Below, in pieces: positions 33,502 through 44,599 of a stretch of 64,000 bases of DNA. Both the position numbers and the translations under genes were made by a program. Source of the stretch: Piedraia hortae CBS 480.64 (lineage: Eukaryota); NCBI GenBank assembly GCA_010093745.1, contig MU005995.1:1-64000 (forward strand), read 5' to 3'. Position 1 is the first letter of the stretch. Each line of letters starts with the position of its first letter. Below the pieces are notes generated by a model. It worked only from the letters and a program-made list of their open reading frames with translations. It was not told the origin of the DNA and made no database searches.

Positions 33502-34959
33502 TCACACCGCAGACTTGTACAAAAGCTTCCAAATGGCTTCTAAGAGCGCCGACTGCTCGCACAGGTAAAATGCGGCAAGAGATGGTGCATGTTCCTGAAT
33601 ATTCCTGACGATTTCGCACGAAAATCTGGGAATATCCGCATGATTCAGAGTGGACCCTATTCCGTCGAGGGCCAGGATCTTGAGATCTGGGTATAAAATT
33701 GATACCGAGCCGGTTTGTAAGTTGGGTAGATCAAAGTGCCCACATAGGTAGCATGTTTTGAGAAACCGACAGTTTTGGCCCAAGTGCACGAGGGTCTTGA
33801 TGGTGAACCGGTGCGGGAGCAAGAAGACAATTTCTTCTAGATAGCGTATACCTGCGAGGAGGTCGGCCATGACCTCGTCGATTAACGAAGTTGCGTATGA
33901 AGTAGCCGCGGCCTTGTTGGACACATATATCCTCAGAGAGCGCAAGATGGCGAGGCTGTTAAGGGTTGCAAGCGTACACCCATGACAAATGCTGCTCTTC
34001 GGTTCCTCCTTGAAATCTCGGAAAGTGATGGACACGCTCTCAAGCGTGGTCATTGTTCCAATTATTCCAAATGCCCCGGCAGGGAATTGGCATTCATCGA
34101 CAGACAATTGACGTATGCAACTTGAGAGTTTGGCGCAGAACGGTACAGGGTAGACTCTTTGATCAAAAAATTCACCCCAATCGTCGCTTTCCACACCATC
34201 TCGTATGATTTGATGAATCATGTGTGTGTACGGGTCTGCATCTAGAATCAAATGGCGAAATGAAGGTCGTGGAATAAGCATCCTGGCAATCCGCCCGAGG
34301 ATGTCCTTCCCGGCCTGCATCTCACCCTCAGCAAACTCCCATTCGGCCAACTCCACTGTCTCCAGATGACGATATCGAGATAGAGCCGATAACAAAAGGG
34401 GCCATGAGTATGGCGTTCCAACGATTGCAAGACGCTTGATATGCTCAGAGACCCTTCTTGATAGTACGCAGTTTTGCAAGGCTTGATTCGGGTTCAAGGT
34501 TTGAAGAAGCGTTTGCAACGGCGTTCGTGCAGGCAATGGTTGTTGTACTTGAAATGGTATATTGTTTTGATGTCGTTGTAACGTCTGATACAGTCCCAAT
34601 GGGCGAGGCATAGATGTGTTACCTGGGAATAGCTTGTAGACGATCTGAATTCTAACGGAAAGCAATGGCGAGAATGACATTCCTTCTACTTCGTTAACAT
34701 CTACAATGCCGTTGAAGCATTCATCGGCAGCTAGAGTCAACTCTCGAATTTTGTTAAGATAGTATGCTCTCCTGGGCAAGGAGCATGACTTGAAGGCTCT
34801 CGGTTCAACGCTGCGCCATAGAAGGTCTTCCCCAACATTCGCCCACATTCTGCAAGTTTTCATCGCATTAAGTAACGAAGTCTTGTCCTTCTCCAGATTG
34901 CGCAATATAAGACGAACGACCTCTGGGGGGGTGTTGGGTAGTTCACCATAGTTTGACAT
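33502..34959 (-). CDS. F-box-like protein with LRR-like C-terminus
   Basis: Intact 485-aa ORF; N-terminal LPNTPPEVVRLILRNL..SLLNAMKTCRMWANVGEDLLW fits the F-box pattern; LxxLxL repeats downstream. Confidence 0.7.
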   Translation of the reverse strand: MSNYGELPNTPPEVVRLILRNLEKDKTSLLNAMKTCRMWANVGEDLLWRSVEPRAFKSCSLPRRAYYLNKIRELTLAADECFNGIVDVNEVEGMSFSPLLSVRIQIVYKLFPGNTSMPRPLGLYQTLQRHQNNIPFQVQQPLPARTPLQTLLQTLNPNQALQNCVLSRRVSEHIKRLAIVGTPYSWPLLLSALSRYRHLETVELAEWEFAEGEMQAGKDILGRIARMLIPRPSFRHLILDADPYTHMIHQIIRDGVESDDWGEFFDQRVYPVPFCAKLSSCIRQLSVDECQFPAGAFGIIGTMTTLESVSITFRDFKEEPKSSICHGCTLATLNSLAILRSLRIYVSNKAAATSYATSLIDEVMADLLAGIRYLEEIVFLLPHRFTIKTLVHLGQNCRFLKTCYLCGHFDLPNLQTGSVSILYPDLKILALDGIGSTLNHADIPRFSCEIVRNIQEHAPSLAAFYLCEQSALLEAIWKLLYKSAV

Positions 34960-35952
34960 TGTCAGGCACGTTCTCCCTTAGCTTGAGGTTTCTGGACGAG
35001 ATGTTGCCATTGCAGTTGTACTCATGCAGTCAGCTTACCGACTGCATCTGGTCATGCGATCCTCAACCTTTTCGATCTCGCTGACCGAGGCAGGGCTAAG
35101 TCATGGATGCATGCATGCAGAGCCCGCATGTGGAATGCCGTCACTTGCCGAGGGTAACCCCCTTTCAAGAACGGCTTCCGGTTCAAATATGTAGAGTGGA
35201 CAAGCAAAATGCCTTCGCAGGACGGTAAGCCCTTAAACATTATAACAAAGACCTGTACGCCTAATTCCCCCCCCCCCCTCCCTCTCCAGAAGTAGCCAAA
35301 AGGCTGTACGATGCTTTTGCAAACACGAACAGAACAAAGCGAATTGTGTGAGGGATGAGGGCATCGATAAGGTGGACAGTCCCAACCTTTGTCAGAGTCT
35401 AGAATTGATAGTTGAGAGGTAGTCAACAAGTAGTGACTTATTGGGGCATAAATCATCCCGAGGAATCTTCATCTTTCGGTATCAACGTAGATTGGTATAT
35501 AAGAGCCCAACCCGAAGTAACCTACCGCACTGTGAGTTAGCACGTTGTATTGGACAGCCCCCTCATTGGTTGAGTGTACCAATGCAAAGTCCCTGCAACT
35601 GATTTCGCCTATCCGGTGTTCCTAAACCATTATCCGCACTAGACTATGAAGCTAGTCAATTTCTGTGTTCACAGGCGTAGCGTACTTAATCATAGCATTG
35701 CGTTGTATTTTGTTGTTCTGTCCCCGTTCACATGTCAGCACTCGAATTGCGTCCCAAACGATAATAACTAGGTTGCTTGAGCTTAATCTTGCTTGACAGG
35801 TCCGAATCGCACCTGTCAAATCGTGCGATACAATTCCAAGTGGCGGCACGTGCGGGCGAGACCGGAGACCCCACTTCTCTGTACGGATTGCAAACAGATT
35901 GGAGTGAACCAATCAAAACACGCCCGAAATGCGGGGCCAGTTCTCAAAAGTC

Positions 35953-36414
35953 ATGCCAAATGCTAGACGCAATTCAGCAGCTGCGGATAGCGAGGACGGA
36001 GTGGAAGAGTCAGAGTATGTCAAGCTGCGGTCCAGCGATGGTTTTGATTTTGTCGTGCGCCGTTCAGCCGCCAAGATATCTCCCGCCATAAAAGCAATGC
36101 TTGATCCTGAAAGTACGTCCTTTCCCTCTCCCTGCACTGAAATACCACCTAGGGTGTACTAACATCCTATCGGATAGAGGGGTTCAAGGAAGCGGAATCA
36201 AACACCTGCGTTCTTGACATCAAGTATGGATTCTCCACGTCTTATTGACCTCTGTTCTTCTGACTTGACAAACAGTGCTGTACTCCTTGGCCAAGTCTGC
36301 AGGTATCTCAACCATGCGGAAAAGTACAAAGGCCACGCCAATGTTCCGGATCTTGAGATACCACTTGAGCACACTCTACAATTGATCCTCACTTGCGACT
36401 ATCTAAACCTGTAG
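35953..36414 (+). CDS. ELC1: Elongin C (SKP1/BTB family), divergent; exons 35953-36112, 36178-36223, 36276-36414
   Basis: YVKLRSSDGFDFVVRRSAAKISPAIKAML, GFKEAESNTC, VCRYL..KYK..VPDLEIPLEHTLQLILTCDYL. Two GT-AG introns with CTAAC/CTGAC branch sites restore the frame. An in-frame ATG also lies at 35929. Confidence 0.88.
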
Positions 36415-36899
36415 CTCGGATCAAACATACGTTTCGAAGGCTAGCCTTTTGAGAATGAAGTGGTGATATGGTGGTCTGGAGACTCTGGTCGACTGTTCAT
36501 CTTTGCAACGTCGTGGTTAAAGCGGGGAGAGACGAGATAATCCATTCTGGGATACTGCGGGAACACTTTAGCTTGTCCAACAATGTAATCGCGTTCTTTT
36601 TGGGCGTATTCTCAGCAAAACTAGGTACTACATTCCCGGCATTATAACGGTCATGGCTTGAAAGCGACAGAAAATATCGTAGACACTCGACCCCCAAACA
36701 CTCATGCACTAGTAAGTTATTTTGCCGAAATACATGATTTACTTTGCATATGCTTATCGCGATCAGCCCCAAAAGCCTTCACAGACATCCAAAACCCAGG
36801 ATTCTCACCAGTCAGCTTGCTGAAATCAGATGATGCGACTCGATTTGAGTTCATCCTCCCGCCTTGGTGAGACCAGCTGCAGGACTTTCATTCCTGCCT

Positions 36900-38080
36900 C
36901 TCGTCCTACTTCGATTTTTGCACCTGACGGAAGGGAAAATGGACGTCCTCGGCCTTCCGAGGGACACATTGGCGTGCTGAATCATGTGAACTATCTAACA
37001 CGATTCCGTCCTCTGGTGGCTCCGATCCTGAAGGGCATATGCCAACCCTACTTCTTTCTGACCCTTTACTACGGTATCTTGCGCACGAGGTCTGGATTTG
37101 ATGGGTTCGACTGACACAATCGACAGTTTTCTTTCATCAGAGCTCTTGTCCTTTATCAATGTCCTGAGCTGTTGCAAGGCGTATAAATTCCTAAGCAACC
37201 CCGATCGGAAGATTCAGATGAAGAAGACTCAGGGCTGCGCAAATGCCTCCAAAGTGCTGACAATTATCATGGGAACACTGCGCAACCTACTATCGACACG
37301 CCCTCCGGGCTAGGTTACCGAGTCGCTAGACTTGGGTGCTGCAGACCTGCCCTATACTGTCAAGACACGTAGGTAGCGAGCCCTCATGTCCGCCAACAAA
37401 GCCGTTCGTGGAAGAACTCTCCAATCTTCTCCGAAAAGGTGATTGGCTAGATTGTTCGATGCAGAGGCGATTGAGACTCCACAACAATGGTTCAACAATG
37501 TCGTGGTCGACCCTTCACAGGATGTACGCACCATTGACCTCCCTCCGGCCTGATGCAGCCGGTCCAACGTCTGAGTTGATTGAGGACCAGGTCGCCTAGA
37601 TGACACGAAGCTCAGCGAGTTGTAGCCTGTCGCGAGATTTGCAGCTCCATCGAGCTGCCGCACCGCAACGAAGACTTGTTGCACACAATCCGCGATGGGT
37701 TCGACGACACGGTGGACGAAGTCTCCAAGATGTGTTACAAGGGTAAGTCCCACACGCTCACCCGCGAGGTGACCATGGCCCTGGCCAAGTTTCAGCCAGT
37801 TCAGGTCGTTCAAGACAAATCTGAAACACCGCTATTTGAGCCGCACTACACCGAGCAGATGCTCAAAACCTACAAAAACGTGGTGAAGCATTACCTCTGC
37901 TTCTTCTCTCGCGTTGCGGTCAACGGGCCGTATTTCGCCACCAATAACGACGCTATCCCCTCGGCGGGGCCCAACGAGGCCATCAAACTATCAGACGGCG
38001 GGCGTCGTACATGGCTGAGTTTGGTTTACAACGCACAACACCACCAAGACTGCTTTTGTGTGTTGCGCTGGTCTATTTGA
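36900..38080 (+). mobile_element. Second degenerate TLH-like relic (two pieces, possibly rearranged)
   Basis: PLFEPHYTEQMLKTYKNVVKHYLCFFSRVA (37676-38080) resembles the N-terminal part of TLH ORFs; 36900-37560 contains weaker matches. Confidence 0.4.
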
Positions 38081-38124
38081 AAGTGTCGTCCTTCACTTCG
38101 GGTTATATAACGCCCCCGCCTCGT

Positions 38125-38455
38125 GGCAACGATTATCAACGGACTATTCACACGGTGGCTGGATACCTTTGTGAGCACATACTTGTCTACAGCAAAATGC
38201 AACAAGAAGACGTTCGCCACGTCCAGATGTTCTTCAAGAAGCTCACGGACAACCAACCCCAACTCGACATTGAAAAATAGGCATTTCACCAGTCGTCCAT
38301 CGCTTACCTCGGCCTCATCATCGGCAACCAAGGCGTACAGATGGATGGCACGCCATCGACACTTGGGCACACCCGCACACCATCAGAAGCTTCCTAGGGT
38401 TCAAAAACTTTTATCGCCAGTTCATCCCGAACTATGCAGAGGTGGTGCTGGCAGT
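38125..38455 (+). mobile_element. Ty3/gypsy reverse transcriptase fragment
   Basis: INGLFTRWLDTFVS / HILVYSK..EDVRHVQMFFKKL..LDIEK*AF..IAYLGLIIG / SFLGFKNFYRQFIPNYAEV. Confidence 0.8.
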
Positions 38456-40632
38456 CGAGCGGTTAGCAGAAGCAGGCAGTAAAGAAAAACATCGCACCAA
38501 GAATCAGCGTGCTGTTGAAGTCTTTGTTTTAAAGCCAGGGCAAAAACGGGTCCGAACGACCGCCCGCGGCCTCTCAAAGGACATCGGGCATACTATCATA
38601 GTTTATGTGGGATGATAACAGGAATCCCAACCGAGCCAGCAAATCTATTCCCTTAAGGCTCCTTTTATCCTCCTACTGCGTTCCTTCTCCGCCGATCGCG
38701 AAATTTCTCATTCTCGTCATGTCTTTGGGAGAAGTGCATTCTCCGTGTAGCCGCCCCAAGAGCACTCACCGCATGGGCCGCAGAGGGAACTTCTCAATGC
38801 TGAGAGCTTTCTCCTCGCTCTATTTGCTTCGAGCGAACAGGCAAACCCTGGCTCAGAGAAGAGATCGTCTCCGCCATGGGGATGGGACTTGACACACGCT
38901 GTCAATCTGGCATCGAGGTAGCGCGACCGTCTTATCACCTAACTCTTTTGTTTCAGTGACCGGATGGCGAAGGGCCTAGCTTTTCGAGGGTGATAGGGGG
39001 GCAGCAATGCGCACCCACCTCCTCCGTTGATGTTCCCTGGCTCCGCCACATGCTGATGGATAGACAGATTCGTAGCCGGTACCGCATTCAGGTCGGCATT
39101 GTCGGCAGCCATTTTGTCATTTATTTACAATTAAAAGGTTGACACGAACGAATTTGGAACTCTGTCTAGTCGTGATCATCATTCGTAACCGTCATCCAGA
39201 GTGAACTTGAAAGTCGGACTAGACAGTTTCATGCATCAAAACCAAATCACATGTTCGTCCAGGTGCATGCATGAGACCCACTGACTCCGTCCCAAGGAAG
39301 TCAGCAACTAGGCCTCAACCAGTATGGCGCGTAAGTTCATCCGGAATCGGCATGAGGTCTGAAGTCGTCAATCTTAGTTACGTTGGCTTGCAAGGGTGTT
39401 TCTGTGGCCCGAATAGAAAACCCAGAAGGATTCAGAATTCGTCTAAATTAGGAAGTGACAGCCAGTACTAGGCCATCTTGGACCTGAATCACCTTTGCCA
39501 ACAGGAAATGTGCGGGGTGGCTTGTCGTCGTAAAGCATCGAGCACTGCAATAGGATCTCTTTGCTGCTGCTTGCGGCAGCTCCCGAACTTAAATAGTGTT
39601 TATCAAGACGCCGACGTCGTCTGCCACCTGGTGCGGGAAGGTCTCAAATGATGGGGCATGCTATCACATCTTGCCCAAAGCGAGGCGCAGCTGAACTGCT
39701 CATTCTGTGCCAAACTATCTATGCTCACGGCGAGGATCGCTAGCTGCGCTGATAGTTCATGTCGAGTAAGTCAGCTCTCAATCCTCTCAAATCTTTCAGA
39801 GTTCATTCTTCAACTTTATGATCCTGGGTGTACAACAGCCTGCTGAACTAGCGGCTTGAGTGACTCACACCACTCGCACATTTCTTATCTGATCCATTGA
39901 CCACTCCCGCCACGAGGACAAGTGCGCCTCATCTCATCATTCCCAAATTCCTCCACTCAAGTTCCATACGAGCAGTCACACGTGCAACCCTCCGCCTCCA
40001 ACAGTTGAAAGTGAACCACTACCGCCCCTGAAGAACCCCTCTTACGCATCGATCCCGTCGGGAGCAATTGGGCGGTATTGGTTTTGAAGGCTACGTTTTT
40101 TGGGCAGATTCGATCTGGGCGGTAATGTCTCATGAGGAGGTCGTTGGGAAGATTTGGCTGAGTTATAAATTGGAGGTACGTACGAATATGGTTGCGGTGA
40201 AAATTTCATGGTGGCGGTTGGTGGGTGTGTTGAATGTGGTGTTGTGAGGTCGAGGATGGAGGCTTCGAGGGGGGCTTCCGAGTTGGGGGGACTGGAGGAC
40301 GGTTGTTTGGGGTTGGAGTTATTATGGTGAAGGGGACTGAGGAGGGGAAGGTGGATGTGTTTGTTGGGGTGGAGGCTTTTGGTGAGGAAGGTGGCTACGG
40401 TGGAGGTGGACGTGGTGGATACCGAGAAGACACCATCCAAATGCCATCCTTTTCTGCTCTTAGCAGAAATCTCGAGTGGCCGCTACACTGCAGCTCTCAT
40501 ATCTCACCTCTAAAGAGCATTGAAAACTCTATAGACTCATCTACCAGTAATCACTTTGTTCCTGCTGGTAAATCGTTCGCTCGATGTCTCTCGAAGCTAC
40601 CTATATTACAAGACCCCCATGCTTTTTGGCTG

Positions 40633-42402
40633 CTACAACACTATGACCCCATCCTCCACAACCAGAACCTTGTTCCCACCGACATCCTCTTCCTCTAAAT
40701 TATCAGGAGATCTTTTCCGTTTCACCCCTGCCACAGACTCTCCTTCATCGTCCATCGTCACGTCATCGTTCTTGTCTTCTTCCTGGGATTTATACTTCTC
40801 AGGAACCTGAACTTGGCTCTCTTCCCCATCATCAATCCTTAGTTCCCCATCCGCCAACTCACCCCAAAGGACGAGATCCACCTTTGTATTGTCACTGGCG
40901 ACAACGAACCCACCCTTCTCAAAGTACTGCCAGAGGGAATTTTGTAAATTATCGTCAAAATCAACTTCGTAGATGACGCCGACCTGAGCCGCGATGGAGA
41001 CATCCTCACTATCATAGCCCAGATTCGCGGTCAAAAAGTCCAGCAAGTCGCGAAGCGTGGCACCCTTCTCGGGTACCCTTACTCGGGCATAAGAGCATGA
41101 GCAAACAGCACAGGCCGGGTTCGGGGGAGCGAGAGGTTGTGCAGCAACGATACGATCGGCACTTTTTGCGGTTAGAAACACCATTTTACATCCCTCTAAG
41201 CCACGGTTATTGGCGAGGATTTTGATGCCCTGCATGACGCAGAGAGACGCGACCAGCGCGTTGGATGTGGCGATGGCAGGGATAATGTTCCCAGCCATGC
41301 GCTTGATTTCCCATTCGGACTGCAGCGGCAGGCCGAATATGGCGGCGCGGAGGTTCGCCGCGGCGGAGACAAAGTGCAGAGTTGGGGGATCGTCTTTGTC
41401 GAATTCGATGTCGACGCTGCCGCCGCGGCTGCGTGACTTTAGCTCCTCAAGCGCGTGGGCGAAGACGGCAAAGTTCTCTGCTATGGAGAGGATGCGCTGG
41501 TCTTGAAGGGCGAGGTCGGCCGCATCGAGGCCGCTCTGTTTGTCGTGGAGGCGGGAGGGATCTAGAGGTGTCGGCGGCTTACGATGTGCCCACATCTCCT
41601 TCATGCCGCAGAGCCTCTGGATGTCTTTGACAAACACCTTTTGCACCACGGCGTCAACAAGTTCGGCTCCGGCCAATGTGCGTAGCATTCGTAGCTCCGC
41701 GGCTTCAGCGCGTAATTGGGCTACTTCGGCTGCGTCTTCGCCTTCTGTCTCCTCATAGCCTCCGGCCTCGCCGCTCTCGCCGAACAGCTCGGGAAGGAGA
41801 TATGACTTGGCCCAGACAATGCAGTGGATCGTCTGCGATGGCGTTGATCTTATCGTACAAATTGGATAGCTCTTCTGTACGGGCTTAGGCGAGCAATCGT
41901 AGCACTCTGTCTTTCCCCTGCGGATTGGCTGTACCTGACCATTGTAGCCCGTCGTGCCGCTTTCTATCAGCGGGACGTCCGCGGCCAGGCACATCTTGTT
42001 AACATGACGCCGCGCGGCAAGGTTATCCAGCGCGTTGAAGACGAGATCGAAGCTCTTGTAGAAGGGGACGTTGAATTCCGGTGCCAGGATGTTGGCGCAT
42101 TTTGCATCGATTGTTACTGAGGGATTGAATTGGAGGGCTGTGGCTTTGGCAACTCGCGCTTTGGATTGGCCAATGTGTTGCTTGCGGAAAAGGAACTGCC
42201 GGTTGAGATTGCTGAGGTCGATTGTGTCCAGATCGATCAGTGTGATGTGCAAAAATGAAGAGAGAACGAGATCTTTGAGCAATTCGCAGCCGATGCCGCC
42301 GGCACCAACGAGGAGAACTTTGCTTCGCTTGATTGATTCGAGAACGGCAGGCGAGAGAGTGCGGGCGAGAGGAGCTTCGCGAGGCTGGACTTTAGGGCCC
42401 AT
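40633..42402 (-). CDS. UBA2: SUMO-activating enzyme E1 subunit 2
   Basis: VLLVGAGGIGCELLK, DLDTIDLSNLNRQFLFR, catalytic YPICTIRSTPSQTIHCIVWAK, MAGNIIPAIATSNA, C-terminal KRKR. ATG at MGPKVQ. Confidence 0.95.
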   Translation of the reverse strand: MGPKVQPREAPLARTLSPAVLESIKRSKVLLVGAGGIGCELLKDLVLSSFLHITLIDLDTIDLSNLNRQFLFRKQHIGQSKARVAKATALQFNPSVTIDAKCANILAPEFNVPFYKSFDLVFNALDNLAARRHVNKMCLAADVPLIESGTTGYNGQVQPIRRGKTECYDCSPKPVQKSYPICTIRSTPSQTIHCIVWAKSYLLPELFGESGEAGGYEETEGEDAAEVAQLRAEAAELRMLRTLAGAELVDAVVQKVFVKDIQRLCGMKEMWAHRKPPTPLDPSRLHDKQSGLDAADLALQDQRILSIAENFAVFAHALEELKSRSRGGSVDIEFDKDDPPTLHFVSAAANLRAAIFGLPLQSEWEIKRMAGNIIPAIATSNALVASLCVMQGIKILANNRGLEGCKMVFLTAKSADRIVAAQPLAPPNPACAVCSCSYARVRVPEKGATLRDLLDFLTANLGYDSEDVSIAAQVGVIYEVDFDDNLQNSLWQYFEKGGFVVASDNTKVDLVLWGELADGELRIDDGEESQVQVPEKYKSQEEDKNDDVTMDDEGESVAGVKRKRSPDNLEEEDVGGNKVLVVEDGVIVL

Positions 42403-42425
42403 TGCGGCAGTGAAGTTTTGGGTGA

Positions 42426-42546
42426 TGTGACGTGTGACATGGAACGATCGTGAACTGAGATGTGACGCGAGGTGAAAGTGATGTTGAGATGTGACATACG
42501 ACAATGACGTGTGACATTGGGAGCGGAATGTGAAGTGAGTTGTGAC
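42426..42546. promoter_or_regulatory. Cluster of six TGTGAC motifs directly upstream of UBA2
   Basis: TGTGAC at 42426, 42433, 42461, 42490, 42510 and 42541. Regulatory role is inferred. Confidence 0.5.
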
Positions 42547-42660
42547 GTCTGAATGAATGGTAAATTGCGAAATATGAAATGTAAACCCGAAATGACTTGT
42601 TCACGTAACACAGCTAGAATAACGACCAACCACAGGAATGAAGACCTCAGAAACATTAAA

Positions 42661-43734
42661 TCATGACGTGCACCCGTGCGGGGCATTTACCCAGCCTGTT
42701 AACCGGTTGGCAATATCGCTGGCATAACAAGTCGTCGCTCCGGCTGCACCCAGATCACCAGAGGATGGAATGGATCCAGAGTTGTAGATGCGTGCAGCCT
42801 TGTAGTAACGGCTGACATCGTCACATCCAGCACGAGCGATGCCCTGTTTCAGACCGTCGCCAGATGCCGTACCATCAACGCCGTCGCGCACCATTTGCTC
42901 GATTGTCGATGACGGACAAGGCACTTGACCGCTGCCAGCGCTATTGCAGGTGCCTGAGCCATCGTGACTCTGCATGAGACCGGGATTTGGGACGCTGTAA
43001 GTCGTCGTGGGCGCGCGCACACAGCCTTTTGATTCTTGCATGACAATGGCCAGAACGAAACGCGGGTCAATATTGGCGTCGTTGGCAACAGACTGGATGG
43101 CCGATTTGAGATCATTGTTCTCGTCTTTGCTGTTGATTGTCTGGGAAAACTCGACGCAAGACGAAGAGATCAACTGGAGGTTGGAATTCCACATGTGGTC
43201 AAAGCTGACCCAGCTGTCCTGAGAAGGCCAGCCGGACGACGGCTCTCCGTTGCCGGTATAATGTTTATAAGAATCAGAGCCCTGGCCTCCGCTGTACGGA
43301 GATGGAGGTGGATTACCCTTGACAGGGTCGGACGTAGGTTTGTTTGGTGGGGGCCCTCCAGCACTAGAAGTCGGGTGGGGTGCGTTGGGATCATTCTGTC
43401 CAGTTGCTCCTGTTGCGTTGGCAGAAGAGCAAGTGCCGTAACCAGGTTGGCATCCAGTACCGCAATAATTCGGTCCAACGCCGCAGAAATTAAATGGGGA
43501 GCAGCACAATCCCTGAGGGCATGTTATGCCAGAAGTTCCGCCGCACTGCCCAATCGGACCAGAGTTGTTATCCGCTGCTCGACCAGCGAGCGAGGCCAAG
43601 GGAGATGAGGCCGGGGAGCGTTGGGCAAGATGTTGTGCCGCCCTCTGCGGATGTCGATGCACATGGCCGCCCGAGTGTGGAATGGCTCCCACAAGCGACA
43701 CGGCAGCAGCGACTAGTGCAATGTTACAGTGCAT
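42661..43734 (-). CDS. Secreted protein with hevein/CBM18 chitin-binding domain and lysozyme-like (SLT/GH23-type) domain
   Basis: Signal peptide; CGG..CP.GLCCSPFNFCGVGPNYCGTGCQPGYGTC; IDPRFVLAIVMQESKG, NPGLMQSH, AARIYNSG. Confidence 0.88.
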   Translation of the reverse strand: MHCNIALVAAAVSLVGAIPHSGGHVHRHPQRAAQHLAQRSPASSPLASLAGRAADNNSGPIGQCGGTSGITCPQGLCCSPFNFCGVGPNYCGTGCQPGYGTCSSANATGATGQNDPNAPHPTSSAGGPPPNKPTSDPVKGNPPPSPYSGGQGSDSYKHYTGNGEPSSGWPSQDSWVSFDHMWNSNLQLISSSCVEFSQTINSKDENNDLKSAIQSVANDANIDPRFVLAIVMQESKGCVRAPTTTYSVPNPGLMQSHDGSGTCNSAGSGQVPCPSSTIEQMVRDGVDGTASGDGLKQGIARAGCDDVSRYYKAARIYNSGSIPSSGDLGAAGATTCYASDIANRLTGWVNAPHGCTS

Positions 43735-44599
43735 TTTCGATGATCGTCCTTGTCAAAAGGCCTGGCTTCAAAAGAGCGACAAAAAAGAGTGTAGGGAGTT
43801 GAGCTTTTGGGGAAAATTCAGAAGGGCACGGATGGAGAAGATATATATACATGGGGTCATGGCCAGCACCTGCCTCAGGGGACCCTCGCTGCGTCCTGGG
43901 AAAGAAAAAACGTTGTCATGATCAGCCCAATCGGAAGTGAAAAGTGCCTTGGGGACGGCCCGGACCGAACATCTGACACGAGGCTTCCGTCACTTCATTG
44001 GACAAGGTCAAGTTTGATACACCGTATTAAGATGCCGCCACACAGATGGCTGCCGAACCAACCATGTCACAGAGTGCTTTACTACCCACGTTCCTGCATT
44101 AGGAGCTGCACGTTCGTTGCTGCTCCTCAGAGACCCCATTTGCTCAGCCGGGTCATTCCTACTTCTCTTTTCGCCACGAGGAAGTACGCTTGTGACGAAG
44201 CTACTAACAGATTCCGGAAATTCATCTCCGGGCTCCTAGCAAGAGGGTCCCAATGATCGCCCCCTAACTCCCTAATCACAACGCTCCATTGTAGCGAGAA
44301 GGGAACTTGGTTGGGTCCAATCTGCCAAAACGTGAGACTGCCTAACGTACGCGGCGATGCTACAATCGTGAGTCAATTGTTGGTCCATGACATATGTCCA
44401 CACTTGACACAGCCTAAACTGTGCGGTATAGCCCCGCCAGCCCAAGCCAGTCTATGATCTCAGCCTTCTAGTTGGCCTAGCTGTAGTGACAGTGCAAAGG
44501 CAATCAATGTCCACCAACAGCCTCGTAGAAGTCAGACCAACAGCCCCGAAGAAGCCAAATTACCGAGTTGACTAAATGGCTGTCTTGGAAAAGACGCCA

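Noticed and set aside
40042..40440. Pro/Ser-rich minus-strand ORF downstream of UBA2
   Set aside because: Low complexity, no domain, and no convincing spliced continuation.
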